Below, piece after piece: positions 29,903 through 41,400 of a stretch of 64,000 nt of DNA. The DNA is from an uncultured delta proteobacterium (GTDB lineage Bacteria > Myxococcota_A > Polyangia > Fen-1088): the NCBI GenBank assembly GCA_963737265.1, contig CAVTRY010000011.1, forward strand, positions 1 to 64,000, written 5' to 3'. Each line of letters opens with the position of its first letter. Position 1 is the stretch's first letter. The notes below the pieces were generated by a model. It was given only the letters and a program-made list of their open reading frames with translations, was not told the origin of the DNA and made no database searches. Made by a program: the position numbers and the translations under genes.

Positions 29903-32900
29903 CTAGCGGCGTAAATCCAGCGTCAGTGGAAACAGTGGATTGGTTGGCTCGGGCCCCACCACCATCGTGCCGGGCGTGTGGCCGAACGGCAGGAAGCGGG
30001 CCTTGCGCCGGCTTTCGGCCACCAGGGCATTGCTCGGCCGCGCATCGTGCGAAAGGCCACCGGGATGCGACACGTGGTACGTGCACCCGCCCACAGCGCG
30101 GTCGCTCCAGGTATCGAAGACATCAAAAATCAAGGGTGCATGCACGCCGATGGTAGGGTGTAGGGCTTCTGGCGGCTGCCAGGCGCGAAAGCGCACGCCG
30201 GCCACGAGCTCTCCCGGCGTCCCCGTCGAGGTCAGTGGCAATTGGCGTCCGTTGCACACCACGAGGTGTCTTCCGTCGGTCAGGTTGCGTACGCGCACCT
30301 GCAGGCGTTCGAGCGAGGAGTCCACGTAGCGTGCCGTGGCGCCCATCGCGCCCTGCTCGCCGAGAACGTGCCAGGGTTCGAGGGCGCGGCGTAATTCGAG
30401 CTCGATCGAGCGAACCTGAATCGATCCCACCAGGGGGAAGCGAAACTCGAAATGGGGTCGGAACCAGTCGGCTTCGAAGGGGAAACCTGCCTTGCCGAGA
30501 TCCGCCACCACATCATCGAAGTCCTCGCGAACGAAATGGGGCAGCATAAAGCGATCGTGGAGCGCCGTTCCCCACCGCACCAGCCGGTGCTGATAGGGGC
30601 TCTGCCAATGCATGGCCACCACGGCGCGCACGAGAAGCTGCTGGGCCAGGCTCATGCGCGCGTGCGGCGGCATTTCGAAATTGCGCAGTTCGAGAATGCC
30701 TTGCCGGCCCGACGCCACCTCGGGGTTGTACAGCTTGTCGATGCAGAATTCGGCGCGGTGGGTGTTGCCGGTCACGTCGACGAGGAGGTGGCGGAACAGC
30801 CTGTCCACCAGCCACGGTAGGCACGTCTTGCCTGCTTCGATCTGCCGAAACGCTATCTCCAGCTCGGCAAGCGCATCGTGCCGTGCTTCATCCACGCGCG
30901 GGGCTTGGCTGGTGGGGCCGATAAATAGGCTGGAGAACAAGTAGGACAACGACGGGTGGTTGTTCCAATACGCGAGCAAGCTGCGCAGCAAATCAGGGCG
31001 TCGCAGAAATGGACTGTCGGCCGGGCTGCGGCCGCCCAAGGTGATGTGATTGCCTCCGCCCGTGCCGCTGTGCCGACCATCGAGGTCGAACTTCTCGGTC
31101 GAAAGCCCAACTTGTCGCGCCTCTTCGTAAAGCGCCGCGCTGAGATCGCAAAGGCCTTGCCAGGAATGGGAAGGCTGAACATTGACCTCCAGCACGCCAG
31201 GGTCGGGGGTCAGCTCGAACTTTCCAAGACGCGCATCCATCAAGGGAGGATAGCCTTCTAGACGCACAGGTAAGGACAGCGCCGCGGCCGTGGCTTCGAC
31301 GGCGGCGGTCAGTTCGAGATAGGCATCTACCGTTGCCAGCGGCGGTAAGAAGACATGCAAGATGCCCCGCCGAGGCTCCACGCAAAGGGCGGCGCGCAGA
31401 AGGCCGGCCGCCGATGTCCCTCGCCCGGGAGCTGGAGTCTCCTTCTCCTTTTTCTCATCTTGCCGGCTCGGCGACGCTGCCTGTAGGAGCACTCGCGCTG
31501 GCAACGGCGGTCGCGCCGCCAAAGGATCGGGATCGTGGATTTCGACCCGATCGCCCGGAGCCGCCCAGGGTAAAGAATCGAGCGGCAGGCGATAGCCCAT
31601 GGGCGAATCACCCGGAAGAAGGAACATGTGCTCGCGGCGCAGGTGCCAGGGACCGCTGCGCCAACCCGAACTCTCTTCGTGAACCAGCGGCAAAGCGTAG
31701 CCAACCACGGAGCCGAGCGAGTTGCCGAAGACCCGGGCCAGACGTTGTCGTTCGAGCTCGTCGTCCAGCCGCGAATCGAGCGGATCGACGTTCACGGGGA
31801 GTCGACGCTCGCGCCAAAGGTAATACCAAACGTCTTCGTAGCCGGGTTGGACGTGCGCCGTCCCTACGCCCAGACGCTGCGCCAATGCGCGGATGAAGGT
31901 GACGGCTTCGGCTGCGCCGCGCTGGGGGTGCGGCCCCTCCTCGCCATCCTCGGCAACCAGCAGATCCGCATTCTCCCAAATCGCAACGCCGTCAGGCCGA
32001 AAATAGCAACCGATGGACCAGCGAGGAAGCGGCTCGCCCGGATACCATTTGCCCTGTCCGTGGTGGAGCACGCCGCCAGGCGCAAAACGATGGCGCAGTC
32101 GGCGCGCCAGGGCGTCGGCCAGGCGAAACTTCGATTCGCCGAGCGCAGCGGTGTTCCATTCCGGCGCATCCGGATCCTTGGCCGAAACGAAGGTCGGCTC
32201 GCCGCCCATCGTGAGACGCACGTCTCGTGCTTCCAGGGCGCAATCGACGGCTGCCCCCATGGACGCAATGGCCGACCACGTTTCGTCGCTGTAGGGCTTG
32301 GTGCTGCGCGGGGCCTCGGCCACGCGCTTGACGGACATAGTGAACGAAAACGATTCGTTCGAGCTTGTCGTTCTCTCCGCGCTTGTCCCACGCGAACGAG
32401 CCGACGATGGGAGCAGCGGAGCTGGGATTCGGGCGTGCACGCGAGCGGAATATGGCCCTCGCCTGCCAGAAGACCGCTGGTGGCGTCGAGTCCGATCCAC
32501 CCCGCGCCGGGCAAGAACACCTCGGTCCACGCGTGTAAATCGACCACGTCTTGGGCGACGCCCGCCGGTCCCTCGACCGGCTTTTCATCGGGCTTGAGCT
32601 GGACCGAGTAGCCGGAGGCGAAGCGCGTGGCGAAGCCCAAGTGGCGCAACACCTGGCACGAAAGCCACGCGAAGTCGCGGCAAGATCCGCGGCCAACCGT
32701 CAAGGTCTTCTCGGGCGCGAGCACGCCAGGCTCCATGCGGATGTCGTAGCGAAGCAGGCGCTGGATGTGCTGGTTGATGTCCACCAGAACGTCCATGGTG
32801 CGACGGCCAGACCGGGCGAAGCGGGAACGGCAGGTTCCGACCAGGCCGGCCAGACGCGTCCCAAGCGGCAGCGTATCGAAATACGGGAGAAGCTCGCGGC

Positions 32901-33225
32901 GTAGGCCAGCCTCGTAGCGAACCGGCAACTTTTCGGCGTCGCCGTCCAAGAAGAAATCGAAGGGGTTGATGGCGATGAGATCCGCCAACAGGTCCACCTC
33001 GACCTCCAAGGACGACGCGGGTTCGGGAAACACCAAACGCGCCTGAAAATTCCCAAACGGATCTTGCTGCCAATTGAGAAAGTGGCGCTCGGGCGCGATA
33101 CGTAGGGAGTAGCCCTCGATGGCCGTACGGGTGTGGGGCGCTGGCCGCAGTCGCACGACGTGCGGAGAGATTGTGACAAGCCGACTGTAGGCATAACGCG
33201 TGGAATGGTGCAGAGAAACTCGCAT
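29903..33225 (-). CDS. Transglutaminase + DUF2126 (putative COOH-NH2 ligase) fusion, two frameshifts near 32358 and 32429
   Basis: GSCRDFAW, DLHAWTEV, then RLTMGGEPTFVS, GKWYPGEPLPRW, TPDPGVLEVN, GTGGGNH, GNTHRAEFCIDK, TLDLR. Confidence 0.9.
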
Positions 33226-33236
33226 TGTTGATTCTT

Positions 33237-34172
33237 TCAAACCGTCATCAAGAAGTCTTTGTTGAGCTGATTGGACAGGTCGGCAATCCGGCCTGTGACC
33301 TCGGAAAGGAATTCGTGCAAGCCTGCTTCGAGTATTTTGTCCATGCGGGCAAAACGCAGGCGCGCTCGTAGCTCCCCAGCCAGACGCTGTGCCTCGAGGT
33401 CGCGACCGCCGGCCAATTGATCCAAGTCTTGGCAGACTTCATCCGCGCAATAGCGCAAACTACGCGGAAGCTCTGGCCGGAGCGTCAGCAGCTCCGCCAC
33501 ACGCGCGGGTTCGATGACATCGTGAAAGACTTGGTGGTAGGCGCGAAGTGCGCTCACCTGCCTTAGCACTGCACCCCAGGCGTAGTAGATGCTGGCAGGC
33601 CCGGCGTCCGGCTTGTCCGCCAGCACCTCGTACTTGACGTTGAGCACGCGCGCGGTCCCGGCCGCCCGTTCCAAAAACGTTCCCAAGCGAAGGAAGTAGA
33701 ACGAGTCGTCATGCAGCGTCGTGCTGTACGAAACGCCGCGAAACAGGTGCGAACGGTCGCGCACCCATTCGCAGAATTCACGCGACCGGGACTGATCGAG
33801 ACCGTCTGCCTCAAGGCCGCGCATGCCCAGCCACGTCCCGTTGATACTTTCCCACATTTCGGTGGAGATCACCGAGCGCAGGGCACGCGCGTTTTCGCGG
33901 GCGGCCCGCACGCAGAAGAGGATGCTCCCCGGATGGTCCTCAAGGGTGAAGTAGCGTGTGATGGCGTCAGCGTCCGCGTGACCGGCAGCAAGCTCGGGTG
34001 GGCCGCCCAAGACCGCCAGGACGCTTTGCCATTCGTCTTGCCCGCCAGCCAGGGTGGGATCCGTTGCCTGCAGGGAGATACTGCGACTCACCTCCAAGAT
34101 GCGGGCGATATTCTCCGCACGCTCGACGTAGCGTCCGGTCCAATAGAGATTCTCGGCGGTTCGGCTCAGCAT
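33237..34172 (-). CDS. Alpha-E domain protein (DUF403)
   Basis: MLSRTAENLYWTGRYVERAEN, ARENAR, LGTFLERA, LPRSL motifs. Confidence 0.93.
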   Translation of the reverse strand: MLSRTAENLYWTGRYVERAENIARILEVSRSISLQATDPTLAGGQDEWQSVLAVLGGPPELAAGHADADAITRYFTLEDHPGSILFCVRAARENARALRSVISTEMWESINGTWLGMRGLEADGLDQSRSREFCEWVRDRSHLFRGVSYSTTLHDDSFYFLRLGTFLERAAGTARVLNVKYEVLADKPDAGPASIYYAWGAVLRQVSALRAYHQVFHDVIEPARVAELLTLRPELPRSLRYCADEVCQDLDQLAGGRDLEAQRLAGELRARLRFARMDKILEAGLHEFLSEVTGRIADLSNQLNKDFLMTV

Positions 34173-34206
34173 GGGAGCACCTCGCAAGTATCGGAAGTTC
34201 GGTTGG

Positions 34207-35871
34207 TCACGGCTGCAATACCCAAGTGTCCTTGGTGCCCCCGCCCTGGGACGAATTCACCACGAGAGAGTCCCGCGCAAGCGCCACCCGCGTGAGGCCA
34301 CCCGGAACGACCACGATCCCATCGCGACCCGAAAGCACGAACGGGCGCAGATCGATATGCCTTGGCGCGATCCCTTCCTCGACGAATGTGGGACAGGTCG
34401 AAAGCGCCAGCGTCGGTTGCGCGATGTAACCCTCCGGGTCTCGTTTGATGAGCTCACGGAATTTGGCTTGCTCGTCCTTGGTGCTGTGCGGGCCGATGAG
34501 CATGCCGTAGCCACCCGAGCCCTGCGTTTGCTTGACCACGAGCTCGTCGAGGTGCTCGCACACGTAGGCCCGCTCATCGGCCTTTGAGCAACAGTAGGTG
34601 GGAACATTGGCCAAGATAGGCGTTTCGTCGAGATAGAAGCGGATAAGCTCAGCGACGAAGGGATAGGTCGACTTGTCGTCGGCTACGCCCGTGCCAACCG
34701 CATTGGCCAGTGTGACGCCACCGTTGCGGTAAACGCTGAGCAGGCCAGGGACGCCGAGCACGCTCGATGGTTTGAAGGCGAGCGGATCCAGGCTGTCGTC
34801 ATCGATGCGCCTGTAGATGACATCGACCCGGCGTGGTCCGTGGGTGGTGCGCATCCACACGGCATTGTCGCGCACGAAGAGATCTTGCCCCTCCACAAGG
34901 TCCACCCCCATCTGCTCGGCCAGAAAGGCGTGCTCGAAGTACGCGCTATTGTAGGGCCCTGGCGTTAGCACCACGACAGTCGGGTCGCCATCGACGCTTG
35001 CCGGTGCGAGCGAGCGAAGACTGCGCAGAAGCTCGTGGCAATAGTGGTCCACGGGCGCCACGCGAACCTGCGAGAAGATGTTGGGGAACAGGCGCATCAT
35101 GGCGGCGCGGTTTTGCAGCATGTAGGAAACGCCCGAGGGCGTGCGCAGATTGTCCTCGAGGACATAGAACTGGTCTTCATTTACCCGAACGAGATCGATG
35201 CCTGCAATATGGACATAGACATCGCCGGGCACATCCACGTCGCGCATTTCGGGACGGAAGAGGGTGTTGCGCAGAAGGTGCGACTTTGGAACGACACCCG
35301 CGCGCACAATGTCCTGATCGTGGTAGATGTCGCGCAGGAACATGTTCAGCGCCTTCACTCGCTGTTTCAGTCCGGCGGCGACCTTGTCCCATTCTTTCGC
35401 CGACAGGACCCGCGGGATGATGTCGAATGGGATGAGGCGTTCGGTGCCGGCGCTGTCACCGTAGACGTTGAAGGTAATACCGATGCGCTGGAACATGAGG
35501 TCGGCATCCCTGCGTTTCTGCGCAAACACGCTCGATTCGGTGGATTTCAGCCAACCCGAAATGTCCCGGTAGGAAGAGCGCACCTCGGAGTCGCTTCGGG
35601 TCTCCCAGTCCGCCGCAAATGTCCCCGGCGAACCCGGACCGCACATTTCGTCAAAGGCCGTTATCGCATGGACCTCGGGTGCGACCGGCTCGCCTTCGAC
35701 TAGGACCGTCTCCACCGGGAAAGGCTTCCTCTCGCACTCGTCAGACGACGCGTCGAGTGCGTCTGCCGTCCTCGCATCGACTACCTTGTCGGGTGGTTCC
35801 GAGCCTTGAAATCTACGCCCTGTCGCTTGGCATTTCTTCCGGTACGTATCTTCTGTCGCCGCTGTCGTCAT
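34207..35871 (-). CDS. Circularly permuted type 2 ATP-grasp protein
   Basis: GITFNVY, PFDIIPR, LEDNLRTPSGVSY, GTGVADDK, GGLTRVAL, VVNSSQGGGTKDTWV motifs. Confidence 0.95.
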   Translation of the reverse strand: MTTAATEDTYRKKCQATGRRFQGSEPPDKVVDARTADALDASSDECERKPFPVETVLVEGEPVAPEVHAITAFDEMCGPGSPGTFAADWETRSDSEVRSSYRDISGWLKSTESSVFAQKRRDADLMFQRIGITFNVYGDSAGTERLIPFDIIPRVLSAKEWDKVAAGLKQRVKALNMFLRDIYHDQDIVRAGVVPKSHLLRNTLFRPEMRDVDVPGDVYVHIAGIDLVRVNEDQFYVLEDNLRTPSGVSYMLQNRAAMMRLFPNIFSQVRVAPVDHYCHELLRSLRSLAPASVDGDPTVVVLTPGPYNSAYFEHAFLAEQMGVDLVEGQDLFVRDNAVWMRTTHGPRRVDVIYRRIDDDSLDPLAFKPSSVLGVPGLLSVYRNGGVTLANAVGTGVADDKSTYPFVAELIRFYLDETPILANVPTYCCSKADERAYVCEHLDELVVKQTQGSGGYGMLIGPHSTKDEQAKFRELIKRDPEGYIAQPTLALSTCPTFVEEGIAPRHIDLRPFVLSGRDGIVVVPGGLTRVALARDSLVVNSSQGGGTKDTWVLQP

Positions 35872-35940
35872 AGTTCCTCCAATCGATGCGATTTCTCGAT
35901 GCGATTATGAGCTGGCTCGCCAACCGCCAAACACCATGGG

Positions 35941-36933
35941 CTACCGATGGATCGCCCGTTCAGGGACTTCGCGCTGCCTCGCTTCGGCGCGAAACCGTCT
36001 GCGCATCTCGGCGCGGGTAATGCCGTGTTGGCGTTGGTAGATGCGAGCCAGGAGCCTTTCGAGGTCAAGCGGATCGCTCAGCGAATTCATGACCTGCTGG
36101 GGGGTGCGCCAGGCGTTCCACCCCGAGCCGTGCACCGGAATGACTCCCAAGTCCTTTGTCCCGTGCCACAAGGCCCCCTCGTGTATCGTCGCCGGCATGC
36201 GCCCAAAGGCGGCTCCAACTGAATCTGGAGACACCATGTTCCCAGCCCACAAGTCCTCGACGATCGCGGTCCGGATCGGTAGCTTGCGCCGAGCAAGTTT
36301 CCAAAGGTCAGCGGCTCTCGCGGTGAACGCGCAGGTGTCCCAAAGAGCGCCGCAGGACTTCAGCCGCCGGGCTTCCGACGGCGAGGCGCGATCGACCAGC
36401 CTGCGGACAGATAGGAGCCTGCCATCAAGTCCTCCTCCAGGAACGACGATCCGCTCGCCATTTCCCACTCCGGTCATTTCCGCACCGGCGATGATGATTG
36501 GGCTTGCGGCCAAAGCCAGGCCAACTGCGACCAACGAGCCTGCCAGCACGCTGGCCCCAGAAACATAATGGTAGGCTGGCGCCACGACTACGGCGGCCTC
36601 GGGATCGCGCACCACGACACGTCCCAAAGCGAACAGCAAGTCCACCGAGGGGCCACGGTTGAGCGGACGAGACAGGATTGCGATGCCACGCCACCGGCGG
36701 AGCTGGGTGCGAGCAAGCTCCTCATACTTCGTCGAGACGACGACGGCGATGCGCTCCCGCGGCACGAGCTCGGCGTACGACGCTACTGTCTGCTGTAGCA
36801 GCGATCCGTCACCCGCGATGAGCGCGAACTGCTTGGGCACCGCCTGGCCCGATAGTGCGCTCGTGAGCGGGAAGAGCCTTGAGTCTTCCTCTCCAGCTTG
36901 AACGATGACGTGCAGATCTCCCGCGGTGAACAT
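35941..36933 (-). CDS. Degenerate mannose-1-phosphate guanylyltransferase-like nucleotidyltransferase
   Basis: RLFPLT...VPKQF...SLLQQT, PLNRG, SGWN.W; the Gly-rich GGxG motif is replaced by GEED. Confidence 0.7.
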   Translation of the reverse strand: MFTAGDLHVIVQAGEEDSRLFPLTSALSGQAVPKQFALIAGDGSLLQQTVASYAELVPRERIAVVVSTKYEELARTQLRRWRGIAILSRPLNRGPSVDLLFALGRVVVRDPEAAVVVAPAYHYVSGASVLAGSLVAVGLALAASPIIIAGAEMTGVGNGERIVVPGGGLDGRLLSVRRLVDRASPSEARRLKSCGALWDTCAFTARAADLWKLARRKLPIRTAIVEDLWAGNMVSPDSVGAAFGRMPATIHEGALWHGTKDLGVIPVHGSGWNAWRTPQQVMNSLSDPLDLERLLARIYQRQHGITRAEMRRRFRAEARQREVPERAIHR

Positions 36934-37001
36934 GAGGACGCTCCTTTTCCTTGGGCCCTGAATCGACGCCATCGCAATGCAAGCCGGGGACCAGCAACCC
37001 A

Positions 37002-37025
37002 AGGCTTCAGGCTCCAGGCTTCAGG
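37002..37025 (+). repeat. Heptamer tandem repeat (GGCTYCA x3)
   Basis: aggcttcaggctccaggcttcagg. Confidence 0.7.
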
Positions 37026-37136
37026 TTGTCTGGTCGAGAGCGGGGAACTCCATGGCCCGAAGGAGATCGCCCCGTCGTGCAGCAAGGGGGGCGCGGTCTT
37101 CGGCGCCACGCATTGATGGGAACCTTGGAAACAAAA

Positions 37137-37153
37137 TTGGCACGCCGCTGGCA
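37137..37153 (+). promoter_or_regulatory. Sigma54 -24/-12 promoter
   Basis: TTGGCACGCCGCTGGCA (GG-N10-GC), about 30 nt upstream of the transglutaminase ATG. Confidence 0.7.
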
Positions 37154-37184
37154 TTGCTCCCATGGCAGCCAAGGGGGATCCAAC

Positions 37185-38099
37185 ATGCGTCTATCGATTA
37201 TTCACGAGACGAAATACCGCTATGCCACGCCAGCCGACTACACCATCCAGTACCTCCGGCTATCGCCGCAAACGACGCCTCAGCAGAAAGTGCTGAGTTG
37301 GAGCTTGGACCTACCAAGGCCGGCATCGCCCTTTTGCGACGGGTTCGGCAACGCCTCCCACGTTCTCGTCATCGACAAGCCTCATCACGAGATCTGCATT
37401 CGCGCGCGCGGCGAGGTCGAGGTCGAAGACTCGCCGCTCAGCCTGCCGGATATCGGACCGCTCGGCCCCGATGTCTACACGCGGTTTACGGCACTCACCG
37501 CTCAGGATGAGGCGCTTAGTCGCTTCGCGGAGACCTTTCGCCGCCAAACCACGAACAATCGCGCGGCTGGGGTCGAGGCGTTGATGTTGGCCGTGCGCGC
37601 GGAAATGGACTACCGGCCTGGCATCACTCAAGTAGGCACGACGGCGGCGCAGGCCTTTACCAAACACGCTGGCGTCTGCCAGGATCACGCGCATGTGTTC
37701 GTATCCTGTTGCCGGAGACTGAACATTCCCGCCCGCTACGTAAGTGGCTACCTCGCGCCCAAAAACAGGCCGGCGGCGAATCTCGGCCATCGGACGACAC
37801 TGGCTAGCCACGCCTGGGCCGAGGCCTGGATTGAAGGCCTGGGTTGGCAGGGGTTCGACGTGGCCAACCACACACGTGCTCACGGTCGCCACGTGCGCGT
37901 GGCCGTCGGACTCGACTATCTAGACGCGTGTCCCGTGCGCGGCTTTCACCGCGGCGGCAAGGGCGAATCTCTGGATGTGGAAGTCCAAGTGAACGAAATC
38001 GCGTGCCAGCAAGAGATCCATGCCGTGAAGCCTGCCCGCAGCCCGGAACGACAACAGCAGTATCAACGGCAGCAGCAGCAGCTTCAGCAGCAAGTGTAG
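37185..38099 (+). CDS. Transglutaminase family protein with poly-Gln tail
   Basis: HETKYRY, DGFGN, GVCQDHAH, PARYVSGY, SHAWAE, GLDYLDACPVRG; ends QQQYQRQQQQLQQQV. Confidence 0.93.
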   Translation: MRLSIIHETKYRYATPADYTIQYLRLSPQTTPQQKVLSWSLDLPRPASPFCDGFGNASHVLVIDKPHHEICIRARGEVEVEDSPLSLPDIGPLGPDVYTRFTALTAQDEALSRFAETFRRQTTNNRAAGVEALMLAVRAEMDYRPGITQVGTTAAQAFTKHAGVCQDHAHVFVSCCRRLNIPARYVSGYLAPKNRPAANLGHRTTLASHAWAEAWIEGLGWQGFDVANHTRAHGRHVRVAVGLDYLDACPVRGFHRGGKGESLDVEVQVNEIACQQEIHAVKPARSPERQQQYQRQQQQLQQQV

Positions 38100-38475
38100 G
38101 TCGACACTTCCCGAGAACAGAAGCAAGGTTTCCACCGCGTAACTTCCCAGATCTAATTTGGACAACATGGCGCCGAGTTCAGCTCGATCCAACAGCAGCT
38201 CGGCGTTACCAAATTGGACGTGCCCCCGTCCAAAAGACACCGAACGGTAGCGCTCAAGCCCGCTCTTGAGTCGGCGGAGCCAGGTAGTTCACGCAGGTTC
38301 GTGTAGCTTAGCTTATTTTAGCATGCCGATCTGTTTGGCTGCGAGGTTGGGGAATCCATAGCTAGAGACACAACTAGGGTATCCAGGTCGTTAACCCCGG
38401 AAATGGTTGCGCTGCGCCTGCTGGCCTTGTGTTAAACGTCTCTTGATGGCTCCGAAAGGACACCAGGCTCTTGGA

Positions 38476-41400
38476 ATGGGGCAGCCACCGGTGACCCGCC
38501 CGCGGGGCATGTCGTCCAGCATGGTTCTGGCCCTTGTGGTCTTGGCGCTCGTCCTCACTAGCGGCCTCGCCGTCTTCAACGTGCGCCGCGTGATGACGAC
38601 CGAGGGCCGGGTCGCGCACACGCACGAGGTTCTGGAGAGCCTCGAATCGCTGGTGTCCACGTTGAATGACGCTGAGACCGGTCAGCGCGGCTACCTCATC
38701 ACCGGCGTACCAGCCTACCTCGAGCCCTACAGCACAGCCGTGGCCTCTGTCCACGAGCGCATCAATCATCTGGCAGCGCTCACGCAAGACAACCCCGAGC
38801 AGCGGCAACGAGTCGAGGCCATGCGCCCGCTCGTGGCGGACAAGCTCGCGGTGTTGAAGCGAACGCTTGAGGTTCGCAAGCAGGCGCAGAACCCAGTGCA
38901 GGGCGCCGAGGCTGCCCGCGCGGTCGTGATGACCGGCGAGGGCAAGCGAGTCATGGACGAAATTGGGCGAAGGGTTGCCGGGATGGCGGCGATCGAGCAC
39001 CAGCTCGTCGACAAGCGCAGGCGGGAGTCGACGGCAGCGCTCGGGACGGGGATTGCCAGCAGCCTGCTTGGATTTGCCATCAGCCTGGGCCTGGTATTGG
39101 CGGCCGCCCGCTCGAACCGCCGCCGGCTGAAGGATCAGCAACGCGCGGCCGAGGCGCTGGCAGCCGAGGCCTCTCGCCTGCAAACAACCCTGACCAGCAT
39201 CGGGGACGCGGTCATCGTCACCGATCTTGACGGCCGGATTACGCTGCTCAATGAGGTGGCCAAGAGCCTGGTGGGCTGCGGCCAGGGTGTCGAGGGCCGA
39301 CCGCTGGAAGAGGTGTTCCACGTCGTCAACGAGCAGACACGACGGCCGGTCGAAAGCCCGGTTTCCAAGGTGCTGCGCATGGGCGTAGTCTCGGGGCTTG
39401 CCAACCACACCGTCCTGCTCTCGCGAAACGGAAGCGAGATCGCCATCGACGACAGCGGCGCGCCGATCCGGGATTCGCAGGGGCGCACCATCGGAGTCGT
39501 CCTGGTGTTCCGCGACGTTCGAGAACGCAGAAAGGCCGAAAACGAGCTTCTGACCGCCAAGCAGGGTTTGGAGTCCTTGCTCGACAATTCCCCATTGGGG
39601 GTCATCCAATGGTCCACTACCGATTGCCTGATCGAGCGCTGGTCGGACGAGGCGACGAAGACCTTTGGTTGGACCGCCCATGAGGCAGTCGGCAAACGCA
39701 TCGACGAGTTGAGTTGGATCTACCCGGACGACCGGCCCCGCGTGGATGGCGTGATTGCGGACATGCTCAGCGGCAAGCGCCCGCGCAACGTGACCAAGAA
39801 CCGAAACGTTCGCAAAGACGGCTCGGTCATCGAGTGCGAGTGGTACAACTCGACCCTCCGCGATCCCCCGGGCAAAGGCTCAGTCTTGTCCCTCGTGTTC
39901 GACGTGACGGAGCGCAAGCGGGCCGAGACGGAGTTGCGCGAACAAGCCGCCGCTCTCGAGGCTGCGCTCGGGTCACGAGCGAAGGTTGCCCGCCTGTACG
40001 AGGTCCTAAGTCGGGTCAACGAGGCCATCGTCCGCTGCCGGGCGGAGCAAGAGCTGCACGAACAGGTGTGCAGCATTCTCGTGGAAGTGGGCGGCTATCC
40101 CTTGGCCTGGATTGGCCTGGTTCGGGAAGCGCGGGTCGTGCCAACGGTGGTCCGCGGTCCGGCCGCGGACTACGCGCGCGAAATCATGGTGACCCTGGAT
40201 GGCGAGCTCGGCAAGGGACCCACGGGGACATCGATTCGGGAAGGACGTCCGGTTGTGACTCAGGACTTCCTGACCGACGCGAAGATGAGTCCCTGGCGCG
40301 AACGGGCCGCAAGCCATGGCTTTCGCTCGTCGGCGGCGCTGCCGCTTCGGCGCGGCGGCGTCGTCGTGGGCGCGCTCACCCTGTATGCGCGCGAGCCCGA
40401 CGCCTTCGATGCCGAGCACACCAGCCTTCTCGATGCCCTGGTTGCCGACCTGTCGTATGCCCAGGATGCCATGGAGGACGAACGCCTGCGCGCGCTGGCC
40501 GAGGAATCCCTGGCCAGGAGCGAGGCCCAGTTGCGCGAGGCCGACGAGCGCAAGAGTCAGTTTCTGGCCATGCTCTCGCACGAGCTGCGCAATCCCCTAA
40601 CACCTATCAAGAACAGCTTGCACATCCTAAACCGCGTGGCGCCGAACGGCGAGCAAGCGCTACGAGCCAAGGCCGTCATCGAACGCCAGGTCGACCAGCT
40701 TGCTCGCCTGGTGGACGATCTGCTCGACGTGACCCGCCTTACCCGGGGTAAGTTTCGGCTCGAGCGCGCCCGACTCGATCTCGTGGACGCCGTTCGTCGC
40801 ACTGCCGAGGATCACAGACCCCTGCTCGCCGGCGCAGGAATCGACTTCGAGGTCGTGCTTGCCGCCCATCCACTGTGGATCCATGGCGATGCTGCCAGGC
40901 TGGTCCAAGTGGTGGGCAACCTGCTAAGCAATGCGGCGAAATTCACCCCCAAAGGCGGCAAGGTCACCTTGAGCGTTGGCGAAGCATGCGCAGAATTCGC
41001 CAGGCTCTGCGTGCGCGACACGGGGGTTGGCATTGCCAAGGAATTGCTGCCCCATCTGTTCGAGCCGTTCATGCAGGCCGAGAGCACCCTCGACCGCAGC
41101 AAGGGCGGGCTCGGACTTGGGCTTGCGCTGGTGAAGGGCGTGGTCGAGATGCACGGCGGAACGGTCGAGCCGCACAGCGATGGAGCGGGGTGCGGGGCCG
41201 AGTTCATCGTCAGGCTGCCGACGGAGACGGGGCCGCGACCGTCGTTGGCCGAGGGCAAGACAGTCAAAGCCCCGGAGCAGTCTCGCCGGGTGCTGGTGGT
41301 CGAGGACAACGTCGATGCCGCGACCAGCCTGAGGGACGTTTTGGTGCTGTGCGGGCATGAGGTCGAGCTTGCCTGCGACGGATACGATGGCGTGGAGAAA

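Noticed and set aside
24011-33225. Programmed ribosomal frameshifting in the kinase and TGase-DUF2126 genes
   Set aside because: No slippery heptamers; the breaks lie inside conserved domains and share a motif context better explained by sequencing error.
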